A DNA stretch of 48,143 nt from a bacterium (GTDB lineage: Bacteria; Desulfobacterota; DSWW01), in assembly GCA_040756235.1 (NCBI GenBank), contig JBFLZG010000093.1, positions 1-48,143 of the forward strand, given 5' to 3'. Positions within the stretch are counted from its first letter, which is position 1; each line of letters begins with the position of its first letter. Positions 28,708-38,645 of the stretch are shown in pieces. Under the pieces are notes generated by a model that was given only the letters and a program-made list of their open reading frames with translations, did no database searches and had not been told where the DNA came from. A program made the position numbers and the translations under genes.

Positions 28708-29612
28708 GGCGCGGTCTGGCTCCCTTTCTGCGAGGACGTGCTCTCCGCTTCGAGCTTGCGGACCCACTTGCGAACTTCTTCGGCCTGGGCGCATGCGGGG
28801 CAGAGATCGAGGTACTTCTGCAGGTGCGCCTTTGCCTTTTCGGGATCCGGGACCTTCAAATAGGCGACGCCTAGGTTCAAACGCACCGCGGGGTCCACGG
28901 GTGCGCTCCTGGGGGACACCTGAAACGTCTTCTCCAGAAGCTCCGCCGCCTCGGCGTGACGGCCCTGACCGAATCGGACGGCGGCCAGGTTCACGTAGGC
29001 CTCCACGAGCTCGGGCCGGAGCCGGATGGCGGCCAGGTAGCAGCGCTCCGCACGGGCAGTATCGCCCTGGGCCAGGAGGACGTTTCCCAGATAATAGACG
29101 GCGTGATAGTCACCGGGGTCATCCAGGATGAGGGACTCGAAGATCTTGCCGGCCTTGTCGAGCTCCCGGGCCGAGGACCAGGCGACCCCTTCCTTTTCCT
29201 TCAGGGGCCTCTGGTACTCCACCTGGCAGGCCCGGCCGTACGACTCGGCGGCTTCCCGGTGGCGGCCGAGCTTGTCGTAGGCGTCTCCGAGCCGCTTCCA
29301 GGCATCCTGACGGCCCGGGTCGGCGTTGACGCTTCTCTCGTGGTACGAGGCGGCCCCGGCGTAGTCTTTCTCCAGAAAAGCGAGGATTCCCATCCGATAG
29401 AGGGCTTCGGGATTCCCGGGATCCTCATCGAGGACCTCCCCGTAGAGCCGCCGGGCCGTCGCATAATCCTTTCCCTGAACGCAGGCGAAGGCTTTCTCGA
29501 GGAGCGACCGGCTGTCTCCCGCACTCGTCGTGAGGGCCGGACAAGCGATGAGCAGAAGAAACAGGAGCGAAGGAATCCTGAAAGAAAGGCTCGGACGGGA
29601 TCGTGATGCCAT
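28704..29612 (-). CDS. Exported TPR-repeat protein
   Basis: Signal peptide followed by about 7 TPRs (EALYRMG, DAWKRLGDAY, AVYYLGNVL, EAYVNLA). Start moved to ATG 29612. Confidence 0.87.
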   Translation of the reverse strand: MASRSRPSLSFRIPSLLFLLLIACPALTTSAGDSRSLLEKAFACVQGKDYATARRLYGEVLDEDPGNPEALYRMGILAFLEKDYAGAASYHERSVNADPGRQDAWKRLGDAYDKLGRHREAAESYGRACQVEYQRPLKEKEGVAWSSARELDKAGKIFESLILDDPGDYHAVYYLGNVLLAQGDTARAERCYLAAIRLRPELVEAYVNLAAVRFGQGRHAEAAELLEKTFQVSPRSAPVDPAVRLNLGVAYLKVPDPEKAKAHLQKYLDLCPACAQAEEVRKWVRKLEAESTSSQKGSQTAP

Positions 29613-29696
29613 CGGGCGTTTCGGATGTTTCTGTGAAAGGGTGCTGTCCGCCGGAAGGGGAGACGCACGCGGCGCCCCTGAAGAATACGGTTGAGC

Positions 29697-29736
29697 ACAA
29701 ACGCAAGGGCCCTGTGCCCGGTCGGGCACAGGGCCC
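29697..29736 (-). terminator. Intrinsic terminator after the large lipoprotein gene
   Basis: 13-bp perfect stem GGGCCCTGTGCCC / GGGCACAGGGCCC with a 4-nt loop, followed on the minus strand by TTGCGTTTG. Confidence 0.7.
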
Positions 29737-29818
29737 CTCTTTGTAGCACCGAAGTGTGAACAGCGCAAGAGGGCGGAGGGAGGAACAGTCCCCCTCCAGC
29801 CGACTTACGGAGAGAGAG

Positions 29819-32800
29819 TTAGTCGATGTCGTAGCCGGTCGTGGCGGCATCCAGAAGAACGGTGTCAAAATCTTCGTTCACCGCGTTGCCTGCGATGTCT
29901 TCCGCCGTCAGCTGGAAGGCATCATCCTCGGCAACCGTCTGGCCGGGAACCACCGCAAAGCTCCAGCCAGGGGCATACGGGGCGACTGCTGCACCAAAGC
30001 CCGCGAACGGAGCGATGTTGGCTTCGTTCACGTAGGTCGCATCCGGGGAGGCCACGAGGGCAAGGCCGAGCGCATCCGCATCGTCAGCGTCCAGGTCGCC
30101 GTCACCGTCTACGTCCCATATCACCGGTTCGGTGAAGACAGTGTAAAGCTGATAGGCATCGGTGGTGTCGCCCACGTCCATACGGCCATCGCTCGCCACC
30201 GCCGCGTTGACGTTGATCACCCGGATGTCCCCAACAGCGGGTCCCACGGCCGTGAAGACCGCATTGGCAGCCGAGCTGATCCTGGGCGCGATCTCGTCGA
30301 CCACCTGGAAGCCCAGCCCCGCCTGGACATTGGCCTGCAAGTCCGCCACCAAGGCCGTGAGCACGTTGCCGGCAGCGATGTCCAGACCCGCGCCGTCGAA
30401 GCCCGGGCGCACGTTGGCAAAATCGCCGTCCGCGGCAGCCGTGATCGTCACCGTCACGCCGTCCGCTCCGAGGGCCGCGGTGGCCGTGCCGATGCCCGGC
30501 ACTCCGGTATAATTGGCGATCGTCTGGGCCGAGGTGGCGTCCACCGGCTCGCTCATGGTGAGCACGATCTGATCCGGATTGGTGCCGTCGTCAACCGTTT
30601 CGGCGCTGGCGACCAGGGCAGGAATGAGGTCGCGGAGCTGAACCACGGCGTCCGCATCCGAGGCATTGCCGGTCTCGTCCGTGACGGTAAGGGCGATGGT
30701 GTCACCCTGCTGGACCAGGGCGATTCCGTTGACCACGCACTCGACCTCCGGCAGACCTCCAGCCACCTCGGCATTCGTCACGCTGCAGGCGCCCAGGGTC
30801 TCGCCGCCGGTCGCGGTCAGCGTCCCGGTCACGTCCTGCACGGCCGCCAGGTCCTCGCTCATGAACAGTTCCACCGCATCCGACAGAGCTGCAAACGCTA
30901 TGTAGTCATCCGCGTCGTACTGGTTGTCATCCGCGGCGCCGCCGGCCTGGTCCAGATCCTCGAGGTCGACCAGGATCGGCTCGATGGCGAAGTTCGTGGT
31001 GGCGTCGAAGCCCAGGCCCTGGTCGGCAACCGTGGGCGAAACGTTGTCGCCGATCGTCCCCACGTTGGAATACGGTCCCTCGATGTTGTCCGAATTCACG
31101 GCCGTGACGGCCATGTTGAGAGTGAAGCCGTCATCGAAAAATACGGTGACGGGCGTGCCGTTCTCGGCCGAGACCAGCGGCAGGTCCGGGTCGGTGGCCG
31201 GGTTGGCGGCGTTGTAAGTCGCGATGGCGGTCTCAACTTGCGTGAGCGTTACGCTCAGCTCGGTATCCGGGTTGCCGTCGAGCCGCGTGGCCGTCTGGGC
31301 CACGAACACCGGGATGCCGCTCACGAAACCGCCGGTCGCGAACTCTGAGTAGAGTTTGTAGTAACGGACCGTACCGTCGCCGTCCTCAGCCGGAGTTGCT
31401 GCGTCCCAGGCCAGATCGATGGCGTTCGCCTCGCCGTCCGCGTTTCCGATGACGCCGATGCCGAGGGCGCTGTTCCAGTCCAGAAGATTGAGGTTATTGG
31501 CCTGGCCGACGTTGCCGGACTCGCCGCCCACCGGCTGGGCCGGATCTGCCGCCGCGGCCACCTGGGCCAAGTTGCTCGCCTGCATGAGAGTCGGATCGCC
31601 CGCCGTGATCAGCGCGATCTGGGTCGCCGTGCAGGTTCCGCAGGTGATGCTGAGCTTCTTGAAGGCGTCGGCCACTCCGGTGGGATCGGTACCGTTATAG
31701 AAGTTGCCGTTCACGTCCGAAAAGAGCCGGAGCTCGAATTGGACGGTCAGCCCGTCGGGCAATGCCCGGTCCGGGGTGATGGTGACGGTCTTGGCATCCG
31801 CGCTCCAGGAAAGGGCCACTGGGATCGGTGCGCCGCCCTGGACGCCGATGATGACCTGCGCGATATCGGTCCGCATGGCTTCGTTGAAGGTCAAGGTGAA
31901 GGGACCGGCCAGGTTGGCGAGCGCGATCTTGCCGGCCGGCAGGTTGGTGGCGGTCGCAAAAGGCCGGATCACGTCGACCTGGGGAGTTTCCGGCAGAAGC
32001 CGGAAGGCGGTTGCCGGGTTGAGATCGCCGGCATTGGCATCCGCCCAATACAAGTGCGTACCGAAGCCGACGCTCACCGTGCTTCCGGACAGGGTGCTGA
32101 AGCCCGCGGCGCTGATCGTGAGGGTGTAGCTGACCGGAGAAGCGTCCGTGCCCTCGGGAACGGTCGCGATCTCGAACAGGCCGGCCTCGTCGGTCACGTC
32201 CGAGTTGGCTGTGATCGACCACTCGCTCGCGCCGGCGCCCCAGACCGACCACGGGTCCGGCACGCCGTTGCGGGTCAAGGTAACAAGGGCGCCCGCCACG
32301 GCAGTGGCACCGGAGTATTCGACCACATAGCCCTTGACGGTTGCGTTCGGCCTCCGCATCACCGCGGCGATGGCGCTCACCTGCAGGTTGCCGATGACCT
32401 GAAGCTCTCCGCCGATCGTTTCAATCATTTCATACGTTTCCAAAACGGCATAATTCAGCAGAGCGGCTGTGAAGGTCGTCTCGAACCCGGCGGCCTGTAC
32501 CGTGATCAGGTACGGCGAGCCGGAATCGGTGACGTTGAGCTGGCCGGCCACGGGAACGTTCTGGAACAGGTACTGTCCGGAATCGTCCGTGGTGGCCTGT
32601 GCCGTCCCCCCCGGGAAAGCAAGCGAGGCCGTGGCCCCGCTGACAGGTACGTTGTTGACGTCCACCACCAGACCCACGATGGATCCTTTGAGGGAGAGCG
32701 GGGAGCCACCTCCCTGGACCGTCGTGTTCTCGGTCTTGTCGTCCGAGCAACCGAATAACCATCCGCTCACCGCGAGCATCCCGAGCAGTGCGATGAGCAG

Positions 32801-32824
32801 ATTCCATCTTCCGATTCGCTTCAT
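29819..32824 (-). CDS. Large acidic surface lipoprotein (carboxypeptidase-regulatory-like and Ig-like domains)
   Basis: Lipobox LFGC; two ATTDDSGQYLF / VTDEAGLFEI-type beta-sandwich repeats; TLTFNEAM, LTMSEPV and VFTEPV Ig-like motifs; DVDGDGDLD Ca-binding-like loop; rich in Asp/Ala/Thr/Gly. Confidence 0.85.
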   Translation of the reverse strand: MKRIGRWNLLIALLGMLAVSGWLFGCSDDKTENTTVQGGGSPLSLKGSIVGLVVDVNNVPVSGATASLAFPGGTAQATTDDSGQYLFQNVPVAGQLNVTDSGSPYLITVQAAGFETTFTAALLNYAVLETYEMIETIGGELQVIGNLQVSAIAAVMRRPNATVKGYVVEYSGATAVAGALVTLTRNGVPDPWSVWGAGASEWSITANSDVTDEAGLFEIATVPEGTDASPVSYTLTISAAGFSTLSGSTVSVGFGTHLYWADANAGDLNPATAFRLLPETPQVDVIRPFATATNLPAGKIALANLAGPFTLTFNEAMRTDIAQVIIGVQGGAPIPVALSWSADAKTVTITPDRALPDGLTVQFELRLFSDVNGNFYNGTDPTGVADAFKKLSITCGTCTATQIALITAGDPTLMQASNLAQVAAAADPAQPVGGESGNVGQANNLNLLDWNSALGIGVIGNADGEANAIDLAWDAATPAEDGDGTVRYYKLYSEFATGGFVSGIPVFVAQTATRLDGNPDTELSVTLTQVETAIATYNAANPATDPDLPLVSAENGTPVTVFFDDGFTLNMAVTAVNSDNIEGPYSNVGTIGDNVSPTVADQGLGFDATTNFAIEPILVDLEDLDQAGGAADDNQYDADDYIAFAALSDAVELFMSEDLAAVQDVTGTLTATGGETLGACSVTNAEVAGGLPEVECVVNGIALVQQGDTIALTVTDETGNASDADAVVQLRDLIPALVASAETVDDGTNPDQIVLTMSEPVDATSAQTIANYTGVPGIGTATAALGADGVTVTITAAADGDFANVRPGFDGAGLDIAAGNVLTALVADLQANVQAGLGFQVVDEIAPRISSAANAVFTAVGPAVGDIRVINVNAAVASDGRMDVGDTTDAYQLYTVFTEPVIWDVDGDGDLDADDADALGLALVASPDATYVNEANIAPFAGFGAAVAPYAPGWSFAVVPGQTVAEDDAFQLTAEDIAGNAVNEDFDTVLLDAATTGYDID

Positions 32825-33111
32825 CTCTACCTTCCTCCTGCTTTGGTTTCAAACACCGTACTGCACCATTGACTAATTAGATTGTAAGCTTGCCGAGCAC
32901 TCCCGGATGAACACTCCTTCTCATCGCTCATTCCGCTCATTTCCTTTTCTGTTACTGTCGCGCTCACCTCCTTTCTCGACTTGGTGGATGCTCTGGTTTC
33001 TGGTAAAAGAGCCTTTTCTGGAGGGTCCTGGACAGGTCTGGAAGGATTCTTCGCCGGTGACGGACCCAAAGACAGCGCATCATTCAAGGATAATCTTAGA
33101 GATTTTCCGCT

Positions 33112-33140
33112 TTCTTATTGAATTCCCGCAGGAATGTCAA
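33112..33140 (-). promoter_or_regulatory. Putative sigma70 promoter for the surface lipoprotein gene
   Basis: Minus strand TTGACA-N17-TAAGAA with an upstream A/T tract (UP-element-like). Confidence 0.55.
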
Positions 33141-33323
33141 GAATGAAAAAAAAGAATCGGAACTTCAGGCAGTTTTCTTTAGAATTATTTTCTTCGAGGC
33201 TGTCGATTCGATTACAAAAATGGAATTTCGGGCTGGTGGCAGGACATGGCAAAAAAATATGATTCCATGAATCTAATGAAGGTATGAGAACTTGCGACGG
33301 GAGAGCCGACGGAGGGACAGGCT

Positions 33324-34013
33324 TTGATCGAACGACCGGGTGCCGCTTTTTTCGATCTGGATCACACGCTGCTGGCGCGCAGCTCGGGCGAGCTTTACGT
33401 TCGGGCACTCAAAGAGCAGGGGCTTCTGGGTTGGTGGGACTTGGCCAGGATCCTGGCTTGCGTGGCGCTTTATCGCGTGAACCTCCTCGATCCCGTGAGT
33501 GTCATGGCGCGCTTCGGCGTGCGGTATCGAGGCGTGCCGGAGCGGGAAGTCCGATCCTTTTGCGAGACCTGGTTTCGGCAGTCGATCAGGGGAAATCTGT
33601 ATGCCCAGGGGGTGCGCAGGATCCGAGAGCATGCGGCCCAGGGACGGGCCGTGGCCCTCCTGACGGCTGCGACTCCTTACGTAGCAGGACCGGTCGGGCG
33701 TTTCCTCGGAATCTCCAGTGTGCTCTGCACGCGCCTCGAGGTCGTGGACGGCCGCTTCACCGGCAGCTTCGTTCAGCCGGTATGCCACGGCAAGGGCAAG
33801 CTATACTGGGCTCGGCGTTTCTGCGATGAGCAGGGCTTGGATCTGTCGAGGAGCTACTTTTACACGGACAGCATCCGTGACCTGCCCACCCTGGAGGCCG
33901 TGGGATATCCCAGGCCGGTCAACCCGGACCGCTCCCTGCTGCGGGAGGCTCGACGACGAGGCTGGCCGGTCGAGCGGTTCCGCGGGGTATTGGGCGATCA
34001 GCAGCAGGGATGA
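33324..34013 (+). CDS. HAD superfamily subfamily IB hydrolase (SerB1-like)
   Basis: AAFFDLDHTL, GKGK, YTDSIRDLPTL, VNPDRSL. TTG start with GGAGG RBS. Confidence 0.9.
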   Translation: MIERPGAAFFDLDHTLLARSSGELYVRALKEQGLLGWWDLARILACVALYRVNLLDPVSVMARFGVRYRGVPEREVRSFCETWFRQSIRGNLYAQGVRRIREHAAQGRAVALLTAATPYVAGPVGRFLGISSVLCTRLEVVDGRFTGSFVQPVCHGKGKLYWARRFCDEQGLDLSRSYFYTDSIRDLPTLEAVGYPRPVNPDRSLLREARRRGWPVERFRGVLGDQQQG

Positions 34014-34057
34014 AGGACGCAGCCGAACGCAGCAGATGGTCGTTTTTCAACAGCCTG
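34010..34057 (+). mobile_element. Truncated right arm of the structured miniature element (copy F)
   Basis: AACGCAGCAGATGGTCGTTTTTCAACAGCCTG matches the right arms of copies A-E; it overlaps the M42 peptidase stop codon. Confidence 0.7.
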
Positions 34058-35114
34058 GTGTGAAGTCCATTCCGGGCTGCAGGGCCCGGGCGAACTCCGC
34101 GAGGAGCTGGACGGTGCGGTCCACGTCCTCCAGGGAGATCATCTCCACCGGCGTATGCATGTAGCGGTTCGGGATGCTCACCAGCGCTGCCGCTACCCCT
34201 GCGCGGTTGATCTGGATCGGGTTGGCATCGGTGCCGCTGGCCCGCGGCTCGGCCGTCATCTGGAAGGGGATCTTCTTCTTTTTCGCGATATCGGTCAGAA
34301 GTCGACCCACGACCGGGTTGATGTTGGCGCCCTTGTGGAGGATGGGGCCGCCCCCGAGACGCACGTCACCGACGATCTCCTTGTCCACGCCCGGGTGGTC
34401 GGAGGCGAACCCTACGTCCACGGCGATCCCGACGTGAGGATCGATCCCGAAAGCGCTGGTGCGGGCGCCGCGCAGGCCGATCTCCTCCTGCGTGGTGGAG
34501 ACGGCAGCCACTTCGACCTTGAGGCCCTTGAAGCGGCTCAACTGGCACAAGGCCTCGGTGACCGCAAAGGCGCCGATCTTGTCGTCGAAGGCCCGGCTGA
34601 CGGCGAGACCGTTCTCCATCAGGGCAAAGCCTTCGGCGACCGTGACGATGTCGCCCACCTCGACTCTCTTCTCCGTGTCCTTCTTGTCCTTGGCTCCGAT
34701 ATCCACCCAGATCTCGTGGGCCTTCGGGACCTTCTTCCGGTCCTCGTCGGTCATCAGATGGATCGGCTTCTTGCCGATCACGCCGAGGACCCGTTGCCGC
34801 TCGCCGTGGATGAAGACCCGGCGGCCCGGCATGAGGGGGATATCGACTCCGCCGACCGGCACCACGTACAGGAAGCCTTTGTCCGATATGTGCTGCACCA
34901 GGAACCCGATTTCATCGCAGTGACCGGCCAGCATCAGCCGCAGCGGCGCGCCGCGGTTCAGGCGCCCGATCACATTGCCGTGAACGTCGGTCTCGACGTC
35001 TCGAGTGTGGGCCTGCATCCGCTTCCGGATGTGGTTCTGGATCCGCTCCTCGAACCCGGACGGGCTCGGTATGTCCATGAGCTCCTGCAGGAATTTGCGT
35101 GCGTCCTCGTTCAT
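34047..35114 (-). CDS. M42 family metallo-aminopeptidase
   Basis: SPSGFE, GHCDEIG, AFDDKIG, QEEIGLRGA, GTDA, RYMHTPVE. Confidence 0.93.
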   Translation of the reverse strand: MNEDARKFLQELMDIPSPSGFEERIQNHIRKRMQAHTRDVETDVHGNVIGRLNRGAPLRLMLAGHCDEIGFLVQHISDKGFLYVVPVGGVDIPLMPGRRVFIHGERQRVLGVIGKKPIHLMTDEDRKKVPKAHEIWVDIGAKDKKDTEKRVEVGDIVTVAEGFALMENGLAVSRAFDDKIGAFAVTEALCQLSRFKGLKVEVAAVSTTQEEIGLRGARTSAFGIDPHVGIAVDVGFASDHPGVDKEIVGDVRLGGGPILHKGANINPVVGRLLTDIAKKKKIPFQMTAEPRASGTDANPIQINRAGVAAALVSIPNRYMHTPVEMISLEDVDRTVQLLAEFARALQPGMDFTPGC

Positions 35115-35138
35115 GATTGCGCTCCTCGGCGGTCACGC

Positions 35139-35945
35139 TCATCGACCCTTGAATTCGGGCGGCCTCTTCTCCATGAAGGCTTGAAACGCTTCCATCAGGT
35201 CATCGGAAGGCAGCAGGGCCGCGTTCTTCTGGGCCACGTACTCGAGGCCGGCCGCGATTCCGTGGTCGCGGCTGAAGTTCAAAGTCTCCTTGACGCCCTG
35301 GACCGTGATGGGCGAGAGGCGCGCGACCTCGCCCGCCATCTTGAAGGCCTCTTCCAGGAGCCGCTCCCGATCCGGGTACACGTGGGTGACGAAACCGATC
35401 GCGAGCGCCTGAGAGGCGTCGAAGTCCCTTCCCGTCAGGGCGAGCTCTCTCGCCCAGGCCTGTCCGACGATGGAAGCGATCCTTTGCAGAGTACCCAGAT
35501 CGGCCACCATGGCCATGCGGGTCTCGCGGATGCCGAATACCGCATCCCGAGAGGCCAAACGGATGTCGCAGGCGCAGACGAGATCCACGCCTCCGCCGAT
35601 GCAGTGGCTGTGGATAGCGGCAATGACCGGCTTGCGGCACTTCTCGACCGCCGTAAAGGCATCCTGCAGCCCGAGCACCATTTGTCGGAACTTGTGGCGG
35701 GTCCCGGCAGAGGGTTCCTGCCAGAGGGTGGCCGCTTCGACGAGGTCCAGGCCCGCGGTGAAGCTCTTCCCTTCCGCCGCAAGGACGACGACCCGGAGAC
35801 CCGCGTCACCGTCGATCTCCTGAAAGACCTCCCGGACCTCGGCGAAGAACCTGAGGGTCATGGTGTTGCGCTTGTCCGGGCGATTGAGGACGAGGTGCGC
35901 CACCCCGTCTTTGGCTTCCAGCCGCAGGCAGTCCCATTTTCCCAT
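35139..35945 (-). CDS. Crotonase / enoyl-CoA hydratase-isomerase (dienoyl-CoA isomerase-like)
   Basis: LNRPDKRN, FTAGLDL, KPVIAAIHSHCIGGG, ADLGTLQR. Confidence 0.92.
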   Translation of the reverse strand: MGKWDCLRLEAKDGVAHLVLNRPDKRNTMTLRFFAEVREVFQEIDGDAGLRVVVLAAEGKSFTAGLDLVEAATLWQEPSAGTRHKFRQMVLGLQDAFTAVEKCRKPVIAAIHSHCIGGGVDLVCACDIRLASRDAVFGIRETRMAMVADLGTLQRIASIVGQAWARELALTGRDFDASQALAIGFVTHVYPDRERLLEEAFKMAGEVARLSPITVQGVKETLNFSRDHGIAAGLEYVAQKNAALLPSDDLMEAFQAFMEKRPPEFKGR

Positions 35946-36150
35946 GGTTCCCCTCCTCCGTTTGCTACGCTGTCCTGGTCGGCGGTTTGAACCCGATTCG
36001 GTCCGCTGGAATCATTTGATCATACAGCGGCATGTTTGAAAATCAAAGAGAGGCGTCAGCGGCGCTCCGCCTGCTTCCCATTACGGCCGCGACGCCTTAT
36101 ACTGGTTCCCGGGTTCTTCTCTCGACAGACATTCGGATCGAAGCGCCTCC

Positions 36151-36795
36151 ATGCACCCGCCGGATGACGCCCGCCGCATCGGGCTTGTTTCGGACAGCCA
36201 CAGCAACCTGGCAGCCATGAGGGTGGCCGTGCGCACCCTTCGCTCCCGGGGAGCCCAGACGATCGTGCACCTCGGGGACATTTGCGACTCTCTGCAGGGG
36301 GAGGTGCTGGAGGAATCGATCCGCTTCGTCCGGCAGCACGGGCTCCTTGCGGTCAAGGGCAACAACGATTTCCTGCTGGAGAATCTGCTCCGCCACATGC
36401 TCCCGGAAACCAGGGGCGCCGCCGACGAGCAGATGGAGTTCCTGCGGGATCTCCCCATGACCATCGTCTGGAATGATCTCTGTTTTGCCCACTCCCTTCC
36501 TTTCGATTCCCTGCGGGCCTTCTATGAACCGATCGACGTAGGGTCCACACACCGGGCGAGCGAGATCTTCTCGAGCACCCCGTACCGTGCTCTATTCTGC
36601 GGCCACTCTCACAGCCCGGTCTGTTTTCGCTGGGACCGGGGCGAAGTGACCCGGTTCACGATCCCGGACGGGGCACCGATTCCTATCGGGCCGGAGGAGC
36701 GTTACATATTCGTGATCGGATCGGTGGCGGAGGGTGAGTGCGCGTTGTTCGACCGCGACGCGCAGAAGCTCGAACGGCTCCGGATCGAGGTGTGA
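36151..36795 (+). CDS. Calcineurin-like metallophosphoesterase
   Basis: SDSHSN, HLGD, KGNND, GHSH. Confidence 0.88.
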   Translation: MHPPDDARRIGLVSDSHSNLAAMRVAVRTLRSRGAQTIVHLGDICDSLQGEVLEESIRFVRQHGLLAVKGNNDFLLENLLRHMLPETRGAADEQMEFLRDLPMTIVWNDLCFAHSLPFDSLRAFYEPIDVGSTHRASEIFSSTPYRALFCGHSHSPVCFRWDRGEVTRFTIPDGAPIPIGPEERYIFVIGSVAEGECALFDRDAQKLERLRIEV

Positions 36796-36805
36796 AGTTC
36801 AGCTC

Positions 36806-37040
36806 CGTCATCCCTCGGCCCATGTGCGGAGCGCGTGGGAGCCGGGATCCAGGAGGGTGCACCGTGCACAGCGGTGATTGTCGGGTAACAGTGACTGGAC
36901 CCCGGCCCTCGCCGGGGTGACGGAAAGGCAGGGAGCAGGGGTCTGGCCGGCTTGCGACACAGCCTCTTTCGCGGGAATGACAACCTTCACTGGATTCCCG
37001 GGCCTGCCCCGGACTCGATCCGGGGTTCGCGGGAATGACG
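36806..37040. repeat. Cluster of CGTC/GTCA-type REP-like palindromes with nested inserts
   Basis: CGTCATCCC..GGGATCCAG (36806), CTGGACCCCGGCCCTCGCCGGGGTGACG (36895), TTCGCGGGAATGAC twice (36968, 37026), CTGGATTCCCG (36990). Confidence 0.8.
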
Positions 37041-37107
37041 GGCCTTGCTATGACACGCCCTTGAGGGCCCCCAGGCCCACATGTCTGGTGGATCAGGGGT
37101 TGGCGCT

Positions 37108-37127
37108 GAAACCTGAAACCCGACACC
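37108..37127. repeat. 7-bp tandem repeat block identical to 6522-6541
   Basis: GAAACCTGAAACCCGACACC, 20/20 identity. Confidence 0.7.
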
Positions 37128-37133
37128 TCGGAT

Positions 37134-38321
37134 TTACCCCAGGGCGCCTTTCTCCTTCAACACCTGCACCTGCTCAGCGCTGTAGCCGGCTTCCCGCAGC
37201 ACCTCTACCGAATGCTCTCCGAGCGCAGGCCCGGTCCAGCGCATTTCCGGAGGCGTCCTGGAAAATTTGAACGGCGAGTTGATCTGCTTCTGGAAACCGC
37301 CCCCCGGCTTGGGGACTTCCGCGATCATGTTCCTGGCCTTGACTTGCGGGTGCTCCACCATCTCGGAGACCTTGAGGACCGGTTCGACGCAGGCGTCCAA
37401 TCCCTTGAAGATCTCGGTCCACTCGGCCATGGTCTTGGTGGCGAACAGGGCGGCCATTTCCTTTTTCATGTCCCGCATGCCCTCATCCGGCTGCATGCCC
37501 CAGCCCCGCCGGGATATGAAATCCGGCCGGCCGAGGCCCTTGCACAACTCCTCGAAGAACTGCGGCTCGAGGCTGCCCACGCTCATGTAGCGGCCGTCCA
37601 GGGTGCGGTAGCAGTCGTAATAACTCCCGCCGTTCAGAAATTCACCTTCATAATCAGGATTCTTGCCGCCCACCAAGAGATGGGTGGCCATGAAGGTCGC
37701 CCAGCCGATGGCGCCGTCAGTCATCGAAACGTCGATATACTGTCCCTGCCCGGTCCGATCCCGAGACAGCAGAGCGGCCAGGATGCTGACCACGGTGTTG
37801 TAGGATCCGGCGCCCACGTCGGCCAGCTGGAACCCCTGAGGGACCGGACCCTGACCGACGCGGCCCGAGTAGGAAAGGATCCCGGAGGTTGCCAGGTAGT
37901 TGATGTCGTGTCCGGCCCTGTCACGGTAAGGTCCTTCCTGGCCGTAGCCGGTCAGGGAGCAGTAGATCAGTCTTTCGTTCTCCTTCTTCAGACGATCATA
38001 ATCCAACCCGAGCCGCTTCATGACGCCGGGCCGGAACTGCTCGAGCACCACGTCATGGGTGCGCACGAGCCTGCGGACGACCTCGACGGCTTCCGGCACC
38101 TTCAGATTGAGCCCGATGGATCGCTTGTTCCGGTTGACCGCCGCATGGCCGGCGGACACGCCGTGGTCGTAGGGTGGGCCCATGCGCATGAGATCCGGCC
38201 GGTTGGGCGCTTCCACCCGGATGACGTCCGCTCCGAGATCGGCGAGCATCATCGTGGCAAACGGGCCAGGCAAAAGGGTGGAGAAGTCGAGCACGTTGAT
38301 GCCGGCCAGTGGTCCCGCCAT
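37134..38321 (-). CDS. CaiB/BaiF family III CoA-transferase (alpha-methylacyl-CoA racemase-like)
   Basis: LLPGPFATMMLADLGADVIRVE, NRNKRS, EQFRPGVM, AGHDINY. Start moved to ATG 38321. Confidence 0.93.
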   Translation of the reverse strand: MAGPLAGINVLDFSTLLPGPFATMMLADLGADVIRVEAPNRPDLMRMGPPYDHGVSAGHAAVNRNKRSIGLNLKVPEAVEVVRRLVRTHDVVLEQFRPGVMKRLGLDYDRLKKENERLIYCSLTGYGQEGPYRDRAGHDINYLATSGILSYSGRVGQGPVPQGFQLADVGAGSYNTVVSILAALLSRDRTGQGQYIDVSMTDGAIGWATFMATHLLVGGKNPDYEGEFLNGGSYYDCYRTLDGRYMSVGSLEPQFFEELCKGLGRPDFISRRGWGMQPDEGMRDMKKEMAALFATKTMAEWTEIFKGLDACVEPVLKVSEMVEHPQVKARNMIAEVPKPGGGFQKQINSPFKFSRTPPEMRWTGPALGEHSVEVLREAGYSAEQVQVLKEKGALG

Positions 38322-38645
38322 GTGTTCTTCTCCTTCTTGAAGCGCCGCGCGCCGTTCCTGTGCCTGTGCGGCTTGCATGATGAGCGCGGCTCGTTCGCTT
38401 CCGCGCGCCAAGAGCCTTCACTGATTATCACGAAACCCGGCGCCCATCAACCGGAGGCCCCCTTGGGGCGGCCGCGACCCGCCGCAACCAGACGCGTGCA
38501 CCGGTTTGCGATCAGGGCCCTCCGGACAAGGAGACCCGCAGCCACAGCGGCTGATCGGGAAGGGCTGTCCGGCCGTGCTCTCCCCGGGCATACGTTGTCA
38601 CCTCATTTTTGTTTGTGCTATACAAAAACTCAGTAAGGAGTCCTG

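Noticed and set aside
31625..31650. CGTC in the surface lipoprotein as a heme-binding site
   Set aside because: CxxC is followed by T rather than H, so it is not a c-type heme motif.
33230..33270. TGGCA motifs as sigma54 promoters
   Set aside because: The GG-N10-GC spacing is not met.
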